64,000 nt of DNA. Origin: Pelomyxa schiedti. Its lineage: Eukaryota; Protista; Evosea. The stretch spans positions 103,469-167,468 of the forward strand of contig JAHLWZ010000794.1 of the NCBI GenBank assembly GCA_020536535.1. Reading direction: 5' to 3'. The notes beneath the pieces are model-generated. The model had not been told where the DNA came from. It ran no database searches and saw only the letters and a program-made list of their open reading frames with translations. Positions within the stretch are counted from its first letter, which is position 1. Each line of letters starts with the position of its first letter. The position numbers were made by a program, and so were the translations under genes. Positions 37,624 through 51,419 of the stretch are shown here, one piece after another.

Positions 37624-40600
37624 TCAGTAGAACTTTTCAATTCTGGCAATGATGTGCTTCCCAAACGTGACTTTGCGTAAAGCCGGAATGCTGGGCTTTA
37701 TTTTGCTCACCAGCAAGGCACGTTGGTCATCAGTGACAATATCAAGAAGCTTCTGCACAACATAATTGGCAAAAGGGTCACGAACCATTGCAAGAATTGG
37801 TGCCCCATCCATTTTGGGGCCAATTATCTCCGCTATGATTGTGGAGCGTTCTGATTGTGTAGCATACTGAACGCATTTCTCAATCACGTTACTAAAACAC
37901 CGGCGTACTTAATTCAGGGAAATAAAGATGAAAAAGAACCTGGCAAATTTGTGCTGACTTAGTACTACATAGTGGCCTCTAATCTGTGCTATAATGCGAG
38001 ATTTGTGCCTGGGTTGTCCATGCTCTAGTACATGTTGGATGACATAGTTCCCATATTGATCTTGTACAAGAGCCACAGTCACTAGAAGTAGTTCATCAAG
38101 AATCGGGTCCTGAAACGTGTTGTTAGGAGGGAATGTTATTGTTTTTGCACTGACTGTTTGGTGCTCAAAACAGTGCTCCAATATTCTCTGTATCACCCGG
38201 CATCCATAGGGATGAGCGGCAAGTGCTCCAACCTGCCCATGAAATGCATCCACAATAAACTGAGTGCGGTCGGGGGGTATGCATTCAATGCATTTTTGAA
38301 TGACATGATTTCCATTTTGGTCTTGTACACACTTCAACACATCACCTTAGGTATTCATTAGGGTGGTTTTCATGGTGGATTTAATTGCTGATACCATCCA
38401 GTTCATGCACAAGGCTTTCCTGACTATCAACATCAATATGTTCCAAAGCTTTTTGTATAACTCTGCATCCATACATCTGGCTATATGGTGAAACAGATTC
38501 CAAACTAAGGTGAAAAACCTGAACTGACAGTTCCAAAACTTTTCCTTTGAGAGTTTCAGTGAGCGACTGCCTCTGTTCGTCAGTGCCTAACAGTTATCAA
38601 ATGGCGCTAACTTGAGGGAGGGACTACCATATTCAAAGAACTTTTGAATCACATAATTTCCAAACACATCATTTATAAGCAAAGGTGCATTTGCTAATAT
38701 TTCATTAAAGATAAGCTGCTTTTCAGTCTCACTGTGTTTAGTTATAGAACGAAACGGATGCATTTAAATAAATTACTTTGCTGTTTCTAGTTTTTGTTGT
38801 ATGAATCGGGATCCATGTTGGTCCTGTGAAACCTCAACAACATGCCCAACAACTGTCTAAAATAGATCAATACACATTAGAGACTAACAATACTACTTGA
38901 ATAGTTAAGTTTCGCCCCTTATTGGTTCTTAAGTCTTCCATTACATTTACAGGTAAAAAGTGACCAACTTCACCGCCCCAAACAGGATGCCCTAGAAAAG
39001 GAAAAAGTAGTGATTAAATACATAACGTGAAAGTGGTTAATGCTAGAGTTACCAATTTCCTTTGAACTGTGGCGCAAATAGGGTCGTGAGAGGGGGGAAT
39101 ATGCCGATCCCGAGAGCATTGCCGATCCCTAATGCGGAGGTGAAATAGTTCTCAAATTTACTGGTACATACATCCCATAGTTCAGGTTTTGCAATCCCTG
39201 AGGCCTGAAAAAGATCACCAGGGTAAGGAATGTGATCCTGGATCCCATTTGGTGGCGTCTGTGGCTCTTCAGGATCCTGGGGGCCGAGCCCGTCGGCAGA
39301 GAGACCCTCGATATCAACGTAATTCGGGTCGAAAGCTGAGGGAGGCATTCCATATGGTCGTGGTGGGTACATTGGCATCATCATGTCTTGGGCGTAATAG
39401 GGAAGTGAAGGGGGCCCTCTGAAACCAGGCACTGGAAGAGGAATTGGCACCTGCATTGGCTGTAACATACGTGAGTGAGTGGCAATACACCCAGGGCTGT
39501 ACATTGTTTATTGATAAAGAGTTCATTTGCTGCTCGATACCACATTCATATTCATCATATGACTGAGACGGTGGTGTCGTTTGAAACCGAGGTTGTAGGA
39601 GATTGAAAGACTCAGTATGCACGCCAAGACCTTCTTGTGGGGGTGGCATGGTTGCCCTGATTTTAGTGGACGAGGAATATTGTGGGGAAGGCTGTAATTT
39701 TTGTCAGAGAATGAGGAAACCGCTGCTGTTACCTTATGAGGCGGGGAATACTGCATGGGTGGTGTAGTGACAGGAAGTCTTCTTGGTGGGGACTGAGGAC
39801 TTAAGAACTGCTTTTGAGAATGTCAGGTTGGGCTAACACAGAAAAGGGTCTCAAACCTCACTTGGGGATTTTTGTTGTTCCCTTTCTGTAAGAGACTCGG
39901 AATTTGTAGTTTTCATGGCCCTTGAATATACGGGTGATGGAGTCTTAGGGAAGTCATGTTGAATTTTCCCCATAAGCTTTTTCTTTGGTTAGAGATAGCT
40001 TTCTCTTGTTAAATAGTAACAGATTTTGGAGATAGCACAGCTGACATTGCTGGGTCAGTTGGATCCAATACTGCTGACGGCCAAACTTGTTCGCGACGGA
40101 TATGCTAAAACATACTCAATTAGGGTGGATAAATGTAGGTGGAGTAAAGTACTGGCATTAATTTGACAGGAGATATTGGTACGCCACCAACTAAGGCAGG
40201 AACTTCTCTTCTTGCTTCTGATCGTACCTCATTACCCCTCCAAGGCATTGGGGCTGGTAAACGAGGATCCTGGCGTGATTGATAGTACTGGTGGTAAACT
40301 GGATCCTATTTGGGTATTATGAATAAGGCATAACAAGGTGTATCAGGCTTACCATTAGCATTTGACTTATATCAGCCGGATTCACCTCGGGTGTGTTCCT
40401 GGACTAGACAACCATCAATAACAAATTCTTCAACCAAAAACTCCAAAATCAATAGACCAAAAAGGAAAATCACGTAAAATATAGACCATACAAAAACAAA
40501 AACCAAAAAAACGAAACAGGGATCACAATCACCAAAAGAAACACTCACATCAGGGACCAGTGATGGCGGAGCCGACGTGCTTCGCGGAAGGCGATGATCA

Positions 40601-41046
40601 TCAGTCTCTTCAGGAGCGACTGCGGCGCCGCTTGCATTAACGGCCGCCCAAACGTCATCCTCCTCGGTCTCAGCAAAGTCCCCGCCGGGACCGGCGCCTA
40701 CAAATTGTTGCTGCTGCTGTTGTTGTTTGCTGTACAACTGCTGCTGTTGCTGATGAAGGTGCGCCTGTTGGTGCGGCTGTTGCTGCCGCGGCAAATGGAT
40801 CTGAAGCTGGCCCATGGTATGGAATTGTGGGAGGGGCGTCGTACGCGCCGGGGGCGTGCCCGGCATCGGCGCCGACGGCTGGGCCTCGACGGCGCCTTCC
40901 GCATCGTCGTCGTCTGCTGATGCGACGGACGAGGACTGGATTGGGAGCTGAGGGGACGGCTCCAGGAGACTGGGGACCCCCCAGACGCCCGTGCCCTTGT
41001 TGTTGCTATTGGTGCTGTTGATGATCGTGCCGCTACTTGTCATCAT
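37624..41046 (-). CDS. Pumilio/PUF RNA-binding protein
   Basis: PUF repeats [82 protein letters not shown]; RSTSAPP motif near the N-terminus. Confidence 0.96.
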
Positions 41047-41383
41047 TCCCCGGACACAGCGCCCGCCGGCGTGTATTTTGTTCGCGAAAAAACCTGTTGT
41101 TTTTTGCTTTCTGGAAAACAAAAGGGAAACGAACCCGAACTCAACGAGTTGACTGTTGGTTTTCCCTCTTTTCACTTTCGCCTTGATGACTGGAGTCAGT
41201 TCAGGTTCCTGTAAATTACTACTTGCCCAAGTGGCCCCAGTGGTCTCCTACCATCACTCTCTACCTCTCCGTCAGTGGGAATTCAACCCCCCGCAAATGA
41301 CAAGTCACTGCAAGATCCAAAACAGAGAGTAGGAAAAAAAACAACATAAAATAAAACCAAAGAGAGGAGTGACGACGTAGGTG

Positions 41384-42216
41384 ATGGGTGACCTGTTCTC
41401 GTCAGGCGACAGCGGGGGTAGTAGCGCAGACGCTAATTCGGCGACGGGGGCCGAGGAGAGCACGTTCATTGACAGACTGCGGTTCACGATAAACCGCCGG
41501 TCGCAGAAACTCATGGACGACATGACACCTTACATGGGCGCGAGGTGGCTCACGACTGCCGTGCTTGCATTCTTGTACGTTTGCAGAGTGTGGCTCGTTG
41601 GCGGCTTCTTCGTGGTAACTTATGTTTTGGGTGAGCTTTCCAATATGGTTACTTTCTCTTTTTTTTCTCCCCTTTTCCTCTCCCCCTTTCGTGCTTTCTC
41701 TTTAGCAGTTTGTGCGGGGTTCAATTATGAGGAGAAAAATACTGCATAACTAACTTTGACTAGGTATTTATCTGCTTAACTTGTTCATTGGCTTTTTGTC
41801 TCCACAAGTTGATCCCGAATCTGAGGATACCGGAGGAGCACTTCCAACAACTGTGGATGATGAATTCCGACCCTATCAGCGACATCTTCCTGAACTTAAG
41901 TTTTGGTAGTTAAGACTCATGGCATTCTTCTTCTTACCTCAAACAAACAATTAAGGAGAGCAACAACTTTTGCTACTTTTGTGGCAGTCTTTTGTACTTT
42001 CGTGCCCTTCTTAGATATACCAGTGTTTTGGCCTATCCTTGTCATATACTTTGTTGCACTTGCGTAAGTTCCACCATTCCTCACCTGTGGCTAATCGTAA
42101 CCTCTAGTGGTATTACACTTAAGAATCAAATTAAACATATGATCAAGCACCATTATCTCCCATTCATCCACGGCAAACCAGTCTATAAGGTTGCACCTCG
42201 TAGCAGAGACACCTAA
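41384..42216 (+). CDS. RER1: Protein RER1 (Golgi-to-ER retrieval)
   Basis: TPYMGARW...[28 protein letters not shown]...[15 protein letters not shown]; DIPVFWPIL; [13 protein letters not shown]. Confidence 0.95.
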
Positions 42217-42419
42217 TAACAAAAACACCCAAGCCCAATTATGCACTTGTTTTTTGTATTTTTCTGTCTGTGTGCCTCGGCGTACAAATTTGGTTTTCGC
42301 TCCTTCGGCGATTTCCTTTCATGGAAAGATAGCAAAAACCGCTGTTCTCATTCGTCTACGTCTTCCAAGGAGCCACGGAAAAAGCCAAAACCAAATAAAC
42401 CGACGGGGCCTGGGCACTC

Positions 42420-45400
42420 ATGCACCTGACAGCACTCCCCGGTCGTCGTAGTAGTCGGCTCTCGGCAGTGTCATGGCTGGTGGTTCTCGTTTCCACGATG
42501 GTGGACCGATCGGGCCAGTGGGACACCCACATGGTCGTGGAGTCGAGTGACCTCGAAATGCTCGCGGACGTGTCGTCGATCGTGGTGGGGGCGCCCGTGC
42601 CCACGCACGAGCGCGGGTGTGGGGCGGTGCCGCTCTCGTTCGAGTGCGCGGGGAGTACGTTTTGGCATGGCTTCTTCTATTTGGTATTTTTCCCGTTTTC
42701 CCTTTTTCTTCTCGTTTTTTCCTGATTTTCCCGTTTTTTTTTTTTTTTTTTTTTCGTTTATGTTGTTCTGTTGCTATGTGTTGGATATAAGCCAAAACTT
42801 CCTTATTATGTTATTGCAACTACAACGCAGCCATGTAAGTAGAATAAGACCTAAGCCACACATATCCCCTTGATATGCAGGCAGTTGCAACAATACAAGC
42901 ACTCTTTCGTACAATATGTAATAATATATTTTGTCCTAGAGGAGAATGTAATAGGGGAAAAAGTAATGACATGAATATATAGGATGGGGAACAAGTGGAG
43001 ACCCCAGGGTGCTCGGCCGCTGTTTCATCACCTGGCATTCTCGTTGATGTGGACATGGATGGAACTTTGGACCTGGTGTTTGCTGATGAGTCTGAGGGAG
43101 GCCTTTCCATTGACTTAGTGGGGTATCTTTCTTGGACCGGGAGAGTTGCCATCTTCTAACAATTGCAAAAGCTTTCTTTCAGTTGAATACACAGACCCTA
43201 CATCATTTACACTGTGTTCCTTAACGCGGAAGGGACAACTTATAGGTTACTTACCACTTATTTTGGGATAAAGAAAATTCATTTTCACAGATAGACCCCT
43301 GGATGTCAATGGGGATAACTACACGGATTTTTTTGTACTAAACGATGGTTTATTGTATTGCATTTTCCAGACCCCTGATAATTGCACCGAGCACAGAGTT
43401 GGATCTTCTCTTGTTATCAGTGTCATGTGTGGGCAACTTGTTACTCTTTAATTAACTTAAGATCTGCTACAGGGATGTGGGCTATTTGAGAGCCGATAGC
43501 ACTGATCAAGAATTTCCCAGTCTTCTTGTGCTTTCAGAGGGAAAAGTAACTCACAGACAATTTCGGTGTATCTCACTCTGAGCAGTTGTCATTATTATTA
43601 TCCTCTGATGGAGGAGATTCTTGGAATATGCAAGTACTCATTCCTGTGGAGCCCACCATTGCAGAGGTCGTGTTTTCTTCTTCTTTGAAATGTTAGTATT
43701 CACATTCTGAAGATTACTGACTATGATGGTGACGGCTACAATGATATTGTGACATCCACAGAAAATACTCTTTTCTTCTACTCTTTGTCATCCTCCAATT
43801 TCACATGGGATGTTACAGGCAGAGTAGAAACAGTAGACGGAACAACACTTCTATACAGTGCGGGTGTTTTTTCTGACACATTGTACGTGATAGTACCCAG
43901 GCGACACCTTTTCCTCACTATTTTAGAGGGAATGATTTGGTCAGAGTTGGAACCGATAGAGAAGTTGTTGGGTTGTGGCCAGCATATTCCTTGAGTGTCC
44001 TTAGAACAGACAACCCATCTTACTCTAATTTCTTATTTTCAACGGGAGGAGAAATTTTTGGAGCATACCATGGTAGAATCGCATTCTCCCAGTCATAATC
44101 TTAATCGACTAGAATTTTTATCGAGCTCTGTGAAGGAGGACGTGGTCTTTATTGTCTCCGGTTCTTGTGATGCTGTAAGTTACTTGTGCCCATCTGGTGC
44201 TTTTGAGCTTGTATGGCTCGAAAATGCCAAAGATACTTTCTCTATTCCGGCGCAGATGGCAACGTTTTCGGTTATTGGATTCATCATTGGCCTTACTCCC
44301 ATTTGGTTCCCTTCTACCACTTTTCCATTCTCTTTTAATGAAATTTGTGCAGTGTCTTCTTTGTGGCGTTAATGCTAGACTCCTCTAAATTTCAGGGAGA
44401 AGTCTTAGTGCCCCATAGAGGAGAGAGAACTAATGCAGAAAATACCGCCAGGTGTGGCACCCATTAAGATATTATCTACAGCTTACCTCTGTTCAGTGTG
44501 GTAGAATCCGCTACGACATGGGTGCCTTCCTGGAACAGGACTTTACATCTTGCATTCCACGGAGTGTTCTTTATCATACCTCCGATTTGTAGTATGATTT
44601 CATGTGTCATGCCTTACATGTACATGCTAATGCTTCCACTGGTTGGAGGCCTTTACATTTTGGGAGTCATACCACTCACTGCCGTAATACTGTGGCGTGA
44701 CCACCACACACAGCCTTCGGGCTGCTGTTCCTCTGGGCCCGGCTCCATCACACTCCGTTGCGCACTCAGTGCTTGGCTTTTCTGCTCCACTGCTGGATAT
44801 GTTGCTATGTACTGCTTTGATAATGGAGTTCTGTGTCCAGAGGATGACAGCAACAACTCAAACTGTGACACTGGTGCGAATGTTGCACTCGCAATGCTGG
44901 TCATCATCCTCGTTTCTGTGGTTGGATGGATGGGACTCCTGTTTTACGAAGTCCACGTGATTCGCACCAGCCCACAGCTGTTCAACTACGGGAGGACAAT
45001 TGCACCAAAGACACCAGAACAGTTGGTGATTGAAAGGGAAGAAAAAGCAGAGAAAGAGCAGCACCGACTTCTAAGGAAGGCACAGATGAAGAAGGTGGAC
45101 CAGAGGCAATTGTGGATTGTTGGCTCTTGCATTGCAGTCCTCATCCTTGCAATTCTGTGTAACGCTATTGGCGGTGCTGGCGAGTGGTTGCTGTATGTAC
45201 ATATAAATAATTGTTAGCATATTACATCCCGCCTTACTCACTTCCACCTTGAACTAATATCCTAACTATGCAGACTTGGAGGATATGTAGTGATAACTTT
45301 TGGTGCTATTCCTTTGGGCCTGCTACCGTTCATGCTGTTTGTTCGTAATCTATTCTTGCTTCACATTATGCATGCGCTGTCACTGACATCCAGTATCCTG

Positions 45401-45625
45401 CTACTGCTTGGGTCGCTGGGGGTCAATTCCTTCTACCTTATCTTCCCGCTGTATGTTTCAGACATGGGAACAGGAAATGTAGCCACGTGGGCTGTGGGAT
45501 TCGGTAGCAGTGTTTCTGTGGCTGGATTCCTGATTGCTTATCATTCGTACCACATATCCAAAATACGGGCATGGAGGAAAGAAGCCCAAGTTCTCTCCAC
45601 CACACCGGAAGTACAATCCACATAA
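42420..45625 (+). CDS. FG-GAP/VCBS repeat ectodomain + multi-pass membrane protein
   Basis: Signal-like N-terminus; LVDVDMDGTLDLV, LDVNGDNYTDF, DYDGDGYNDIV; several hydrophobic segments at 44550-45560. Confidence 0.65.
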
Positions 45626-45774
45626 CAATGCATGCAACACAACATGACTCAGTCCTAAACACATTCTTTTCTTGTATTCAGTAGTATGATACTAGTGTAG
45701 CACAATGAAAAATCCTGTTGTTTTTTTCCCAAGTGAATTGTTTCAGAAAACAGGAACAAAAATCAGGCCCAGGA

Positions 45775-46380
45775 TCACAGGCACCCAAAAGTGTTTTCTC
45801 CACTGTAGGTCATGTACAAGAACCCATCATCGTCATGGTACCGCTCGTATATCAGTGACATAGTTGATGCTGTGAGTGTTTTAGAAAAAACGCCTAATAT
45901 TACCCAAAGAAACATATAACAGTTACAAACAGAAACATCATAGAAAATAAGAAAAAAAAAAAGGAAGCTATGACCTGTTGGGGGCAGAGTGTTGTTGACA
46001 AATAAGAAGATGGAACTTTCAGGTTTCAGCTTCATGTGCTTTCTGATCTCGTACACGAATTTACCTACATTGAGATCCGCTGGAACCAAGTACTTCTTTT
46101 TCTCTAGATCTGGGGCGTTTGACTTTGGTGCTTTTTCTACAATCACCTGTAACAAAACCAATAAGCCCGTATTATCGGGGAACGAACGGCGTATTACTCT
46201 TAAATATGTGTCTAGCGAAGAAGGCGGAATATACCGGAATGCGGTCGCCATATTTTGCACGAATACGGTCGGCCACTTCCCTCCTTTTTTCTGTGCGATT
46301 TGATGTGTCAAACACAAACGAAACCATCCGTCATATAGCACACCGATTGGCTCGGACTTGAACGAGCTCGCCGTTGCCAT
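45775..46380 (-). CDS. ATG8: Autophagy protein ATG8/GABARAP family
   Basis: Spliced ...[26 protein letters not shown]...[10 protein letters not shown]...[17 protein letters not shown]. Confidence 0.97.
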   Translation of the reverse strand: MATASSFKSEPIGVLYDGWFRLCLTHQIAQKKGGKWPTVFVQNMATAFRYIPPSSLDTYLRVIRRSFPDNTGLLVLLQVIVEKAPKSNAPDLEKKKYLVPADLNVGKFVYEIRKHMKLKPESSIFLFVNNTLPPTGHSFLFFFLIFYDVSVCNCYMFLWVILGVFSKTLTASTMSLIYERYHDDDGFLYMTYSGENTFGCL

Positions 46381-46633
46381 GGACAATTTTTAAATCAAAC
46401 AAAGCACAAACCAACTTAGGAATTACACAAAAACCCCGGATTTTGATTGGCTTGTTGGAGGTGATGCACTGTTGTGGGAAAAAAGTGTGTAAGACTTCGC
46501 CAATCAAATGAGAGTATACAATGGGAGAAAACTGGTAATGAAGATTACAATTAATATGCACAGTTCAGTGATTGGTATTCTGTGTAGAAATACAGTACAG
46601 TGCTGCTGCCAGAGCAGGACTGGGACATTCCCA

Positions 46634-47215
46634 TCATGACTTTTGAACAAGCAGGAGTAGCTGCTTGCTTGTGTCTACAAGGTCCCCGGATTGAAGCAGT
46701 TCCCGTGCTCGGCTGGGATTTGTCTGTCCAACATCCATCACCTTCCAGAAGCGGTTAGTGAATAATGTTTTGTGTGTTTAAAATCCTTCGACTACCTTGA
46801 CTAGTCCTATGTGGAATTGTTTGTGGAGGGTCTCCATTTCTGCCCAATTTGGAACTCGGCCTTTGACCTTTCCAATCCAACGGGACATTGGGCAGGCACC
46901 ATGGTTTCCAAATTTCTGTCTCATGTCATCCCATTCTATAAGAACACGCCATGCAAGTTAGCATACAACGAAAGCCCAAGGAATGACGCCCACCTGGAGG
47001 CAGTGACCCATCCTTGGCTCTCATCACCAACTCCTCCAATTTGCCCAGAATTTGGGTATGTGCTTCAATTCCCCTGTTCTGTTCCACAAGTCCTTCTCTC
47101 TTCACGCACCCAATGAGAATTGGGGGAAAACAACACAGCCAGGCAGTGGAGTGGATTGTACCTGTGACACAGTCGAAAGGCGGTTGCCAGACGCTGCAGG
47201 TGCACCACAGCCCAT
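46634..47215 (-). CDS. Stand-alone CZB (chemoreceptor zinc-binding) domain protein with MGC acylation motif
   Basis: Four exons: MGCGAP...SQ/NRGIEAHTQILGKL...PEWDDMRQKFGNHGACPMSRW...EMETLHKQFH.../...DTSKQLLLLVQKS*; 3His+1Cys spacing of CZB. Confidence 0.75.
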
Positions 47216-47501
47216 CACTTTTGTTTTTTTCTTATTAGTAATGAACACTTTTCCAAGCACAAGGGCCTGTGTGTCCTTCGTCAGTTTCCAGTACTGAGAG
47301 AGTTTTTTCGCAAACTTCCACCACAGGCCGGGTGGTTCTTTCCCCCTTCCGCGTTCGGACGAAGCGACGATGTTTTTCGGTTTTTGGTGTCAGTGAAAAA
47401 CCACTGTTCACAGCAAATGGGAGATCAAGTGTCCTGTTAAGGACTACGAGACACATGTGCGTTTCCTTCCTTTTCTTTATTGCAGCAATACCAAAAGGGA
47501 A

Positions 47502-48518
47502 CTAGGAACCTTTCTCGAGGGGGTGGGACAGCGGCTGTGACGTGGGGGTGCAGTGTGCAGTGCAGTTGAGAAGCACTGGGGAAAAGGCCTCCCCGTTCCA
47601 GGAAAGGACGTTCACTGCGGTGTTGCCGGGTCTGTTGTTTTGGTGTGTCAGTGACAGGATTATGTTGTCTGTGTGGAAGGAGCAAGTGTCGTTTGGGATT
47701 TGCTGAGTTGTGCATTTGATGGTTTGTGATTATGGGTATACCTTATTTCGGCAATGGGTATGTGTAGAATTGAGGCAAGTACAATGCGGAGCATTCTCCC
47801 GTGGACCACTACTACGGGATGGTGTATGTTCGGGTCTGAGCATATTGACTGCAAAACTGGTACGGCACGACTTATAACTTCTGCAGGACTTTCTCCACCA
47901 GGGGCACGGGAGACAGTGCAACCCTTTTCCCACTACTTATGTTACTACGGTAAGGAGCGCAATATTAGAGATACCTCCTGAAAAAGCTTAGAGAACCTTT
48001 CTCCTTCGGGTGTAGCAGGGTGCCACGATGTACCCTCCCTATTATCCAACATTAAATAAAATTTTCATAAAGGAAGCCCAACCATTCGCCAAAGCAGATT
48101 TCTCTCAACTCTGGGAATTTGTGCAAAGGAAGAGGTTCTGATAGACCTTGTGCAACCGCATGTGCGTCTGCAACAGCTTGCGCAGTCTGAACTGCCCTCT
48201 TCAGAGTACTGCATGCAATATAGTCAATGGGCTCTGTCTATTGAATAAGAGATCGCTTACAGAGTTCAGTATTTGGTAAAAAAAAAAAAAAAAAAAAAAA
48301 ACGCGTGGAAAGTTCTCTGAGTTTGAAGAATGCACCGATAGTCGTTTGCCCAAAAGAGCCACTTGCTCACGTCCCTTTTCGTTTAGAAGCTCGTGATCAC
48401 TCCACCCATGCAACAGGTACCTTTTTCCCTTGTCATTACCTTACATCGGTTTGGTTGCACACTGTTTGTTGGCGTCAGTCTCGCCGTGCCTCACGATGGT
48501 GATCAATTTCTGACTCAT
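47502..48518 (-). CDS. Histidine phosphatase (phosphoglycerate mutase-like)
   Basis: IVRHGETDAN, LNEKGREQ, RAVQTAQ, LREI.FGEW, GGESP, VVVVHGRMLR, NTAVNVL...LNCTAH. Confidence 0.9.
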
Positions 48519-48602
48519 TTCACTTGGTTTTTTCGCGAAGACCACGGAAACCAAGACGCGAAAGAAGAAAAAAAAAAAAAGATTCAGAGGGAGGCAGAGA
48601 AA

Positions 48603-49867
48603 ATGGACACATACGATTACGAAGGGGACCCGAGGTGGGAGTCCTTCCTGTCGAGATTTGAAGTGTCGTCGGTGGTTTCTTCTCGATCTGCGGCCATGCG
48701 GAGATTAAAGTCGATGTGTGTGTTGAGGGAGGAAAACCAACAAAACCACAAAGCACTTGCACACATTTTTTTTGTTTTTTCATTGTAACATTCGTTGCAT
48801 TAGGTTCTACAAGCAAGTCGTAGTATGCACTTATCTTTTTTTTTCCTTGGGCATAAAACACATACGCGTGCATGCAGTCTTTGACTGTTGCAACCCCTCA
48901 CACTTTTTTTTTTGTATAGGATCCCTACTATACAGAGCCAACCCCAGCTGCACCTGCATCGCCGTCTTCTGATCAAACACAACAATCAGAGCCTGAACCA
49001 CAGCAGCCACAACCCCCTAAAAAAAAGAGTGCGCCAAAAATCACTGGACCTGTTTATGGGATGGAACTATGGTGGCTTTGCTGCCATGTATTGGTGCTGG
49101 CTTTCACTCTTTTGTCTGTAATGTACGCCTATTGGCTCTGGTTTAGGGTTGCTTTGTTGGCCGCCGCTTGTGCCTACGCTTTATCGCTCTACGCCTCTCT
49201 TCCAAAGGTCAGTGTTCTCTCTTCCCGTAGCGGAGCTCTTACATTACCTCAGCCAATCGAAAAATCAAAGGCTTACCTAAAGCAGTTAACTCCTTTGCTC
49301 AGGAGCAGCGATAATGCCCATTATTTACTATATTCTATTTTGTTTCAATTGGTTCCCATGAACAGAAGTATCTTAAATAACCACTCACAGTAAGAACTAA
49401 TGAACGACAGTGGCACTGTTCCCTCTTGCTGTCTACTCCTCACTTCAAATTGCTGGACTTGTTCAGAACAGAAATGAGCAAGCTGCAACTGAAGGGTATG
49501 TGCCAATTCAGTTTACTGAATCCTAAAAATGACCCAAGCTGGCTTCAACAAGTCCTTACAAATGCCGAAACTCTTATGCGAATAGTGGCAACCTACGAAT
49601 TGCTTCAATTTTCTATGGTAGCAGTCAGGTGCTGTCTCCGTTCATCTTATAACACTGACTTTGCGCAGTGCGCCGTTTCTTCTCCCTCTTTACTTCCTAT
49701 TTTTGAAGATGAGGACCATCCATAACCAACACTCGCGTTTTGTATGGGGCACGTGGAAAGACGGGCTTATCAAGTATATCTTAGATCACAATTCCATCAA
49801 TACTAATTTATTGTTCAGAACATGGTGCAGGATTCGCCAGGCCTTACCATTTGGTCGTCGCCCCTGA
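48603..49867 (+). CDS. TMEM33/POM33 (UPF0121) family membrane protein
   Basis: YDYEGDPRW...LK..FYKQVVDP N-terminus; SDNAHYLLYSILF; multiple TM segments. Confidence 0.7.
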
Positions 49868-49994
49868 CACCAAAAAAATACTGCTGGAGACTCGCAATAT
49901 AAAAAGAACCTTTCTTTATTGTATTTGCATTTAACGTGCCAAGAAGCCTTTTGCACTTGTGGTATCAAACAAAACATAAAGAGCATCTCTGTTC

Positions 49995-50844
49995 CTAGCT
50001 TGAGCAGGATGTCTGTTTCTGCAGTGTGGTAACTTCGGCTCTTCTTTCAGAAAGAAGTTGTCTGGCAAAGGCAAGTCCATTCTCTGTAACAAAGTATGAC
50101 TCCATATCCGCCTGTAGATTGTTGAGATATTGCTGAGGCTCAATTCCCTTTCTTATTGTGTCTTGCCAGAAATTCTTTGCCAGATTAGGTAGGTTGAAAG
50201 AAACAGTTCAGAGGATACAATATGATGAAAAGACCACAAGTGGTCGATGTCAGAAATGTATTTGTACTCAGTTGGAAACTTGCCGGCTCTGATTTCTTCA
50301 ATCCTATCATGCATTAAGACGGCTTCTACTATTCTCTCCTTTTCCTGCCCGTAGATAAGGATTTGAAAATGAGCAAAAATATTTACTCCTAAACTTCTCA
50401 CTTTAGTATGGAGTACCTAACATATACACACAGACTCCGTGACAGTTCTTACAAACTCGAACTTACCAGTGCAGATAGCGGTCTCAACAGAGAGGAGTGA
50501 CTTTCCAGTAACTCTCTGGCCATAGACGCGCCCTCAACAGCATGCTTCAGCTTTGGCCCCATAGCCTGAGGGGTCAGAGTGAGGCCCCTGACGCCAAGGC
50601 TAGAAGCTATTTCCTCATGGGATAATTTGCTCCATCCAATGTCATGCAGAATGAGGCTGACTGTAACCACATCCCTGTCAACGCAAGCAGGACTGGGTTC
50701 ACCAGTAGAATCGGCATGGTTGGTTGATGACGGAGTGGGCAGAACTGCATCCACAAATTGCATAATGCATGCCACGTGGACAGCAGTAGACCTCACTTGC
50801 ATGTGAGGAAGCACACGAGTGAAGAATTCAACGTACCTGTTCAT
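49995..50844 (-). CDS. HD-domain metal-dependent phosphohydrolase
   Basis: H...ILHDIGWS...KHAVEGA.MARELL...AVLMHD...ISDIDHLW. Confidence 0.85.
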
Positions 50845-51419
50845 AGTTTTTCCCTTTCATTCCTTGTTGTTTTTTTTTTTGTGTGTGTGTGTGTGCATAA
50901 CAAACAAAAACAAGGCAAAATGTACCTGTGTGGTACGTGACTGAGGAACTTGTCATCCCAAGGCAATTCTATGAGTGAATTGATGGAAGGGTGCAGTGGG
51001 TTGATCACGAGTTTCACGTCGTCAGGCACCCACCACCGTCTCCCACTGCCGTCCAAAAACTCAACGAACCTCATCACAAAGCTTGATGGGTTACAGGCCA
51101 AACAATCCAACAAGTTTTCTGGGAGTTGTATGCAGCTGGGAAGAACGGAGACAGACCAGCGGTGCCTGATTTTGCTCTTCACTTCCCAGGGAGACCTCTC
51201 CGACCAGACTTGTGATTCGGAGTCCCAGCTTCTTCGTTTAGGTTTCGTGTTTTTTGGGGGTTATCAGAAGGGGGTTTTCACTGAAGGCGGTTCATCAACA
51301 GACCGGTTTTCGTCGGTCCCCCGTTTACACCAATAAACAATTTTTTTCTCTGCGTCGCAGGTACAGTGCGAAACTGGCCTGCAGTCCACAATTACAGCTG
51401 TTGTGGTTTGTCTGGACTC

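Noticed and set aside
45775-46386. 203-aa 'extended ATG8' ORF
   Set aside because: Read-through of three introns; the spliced product is a normal ATG8
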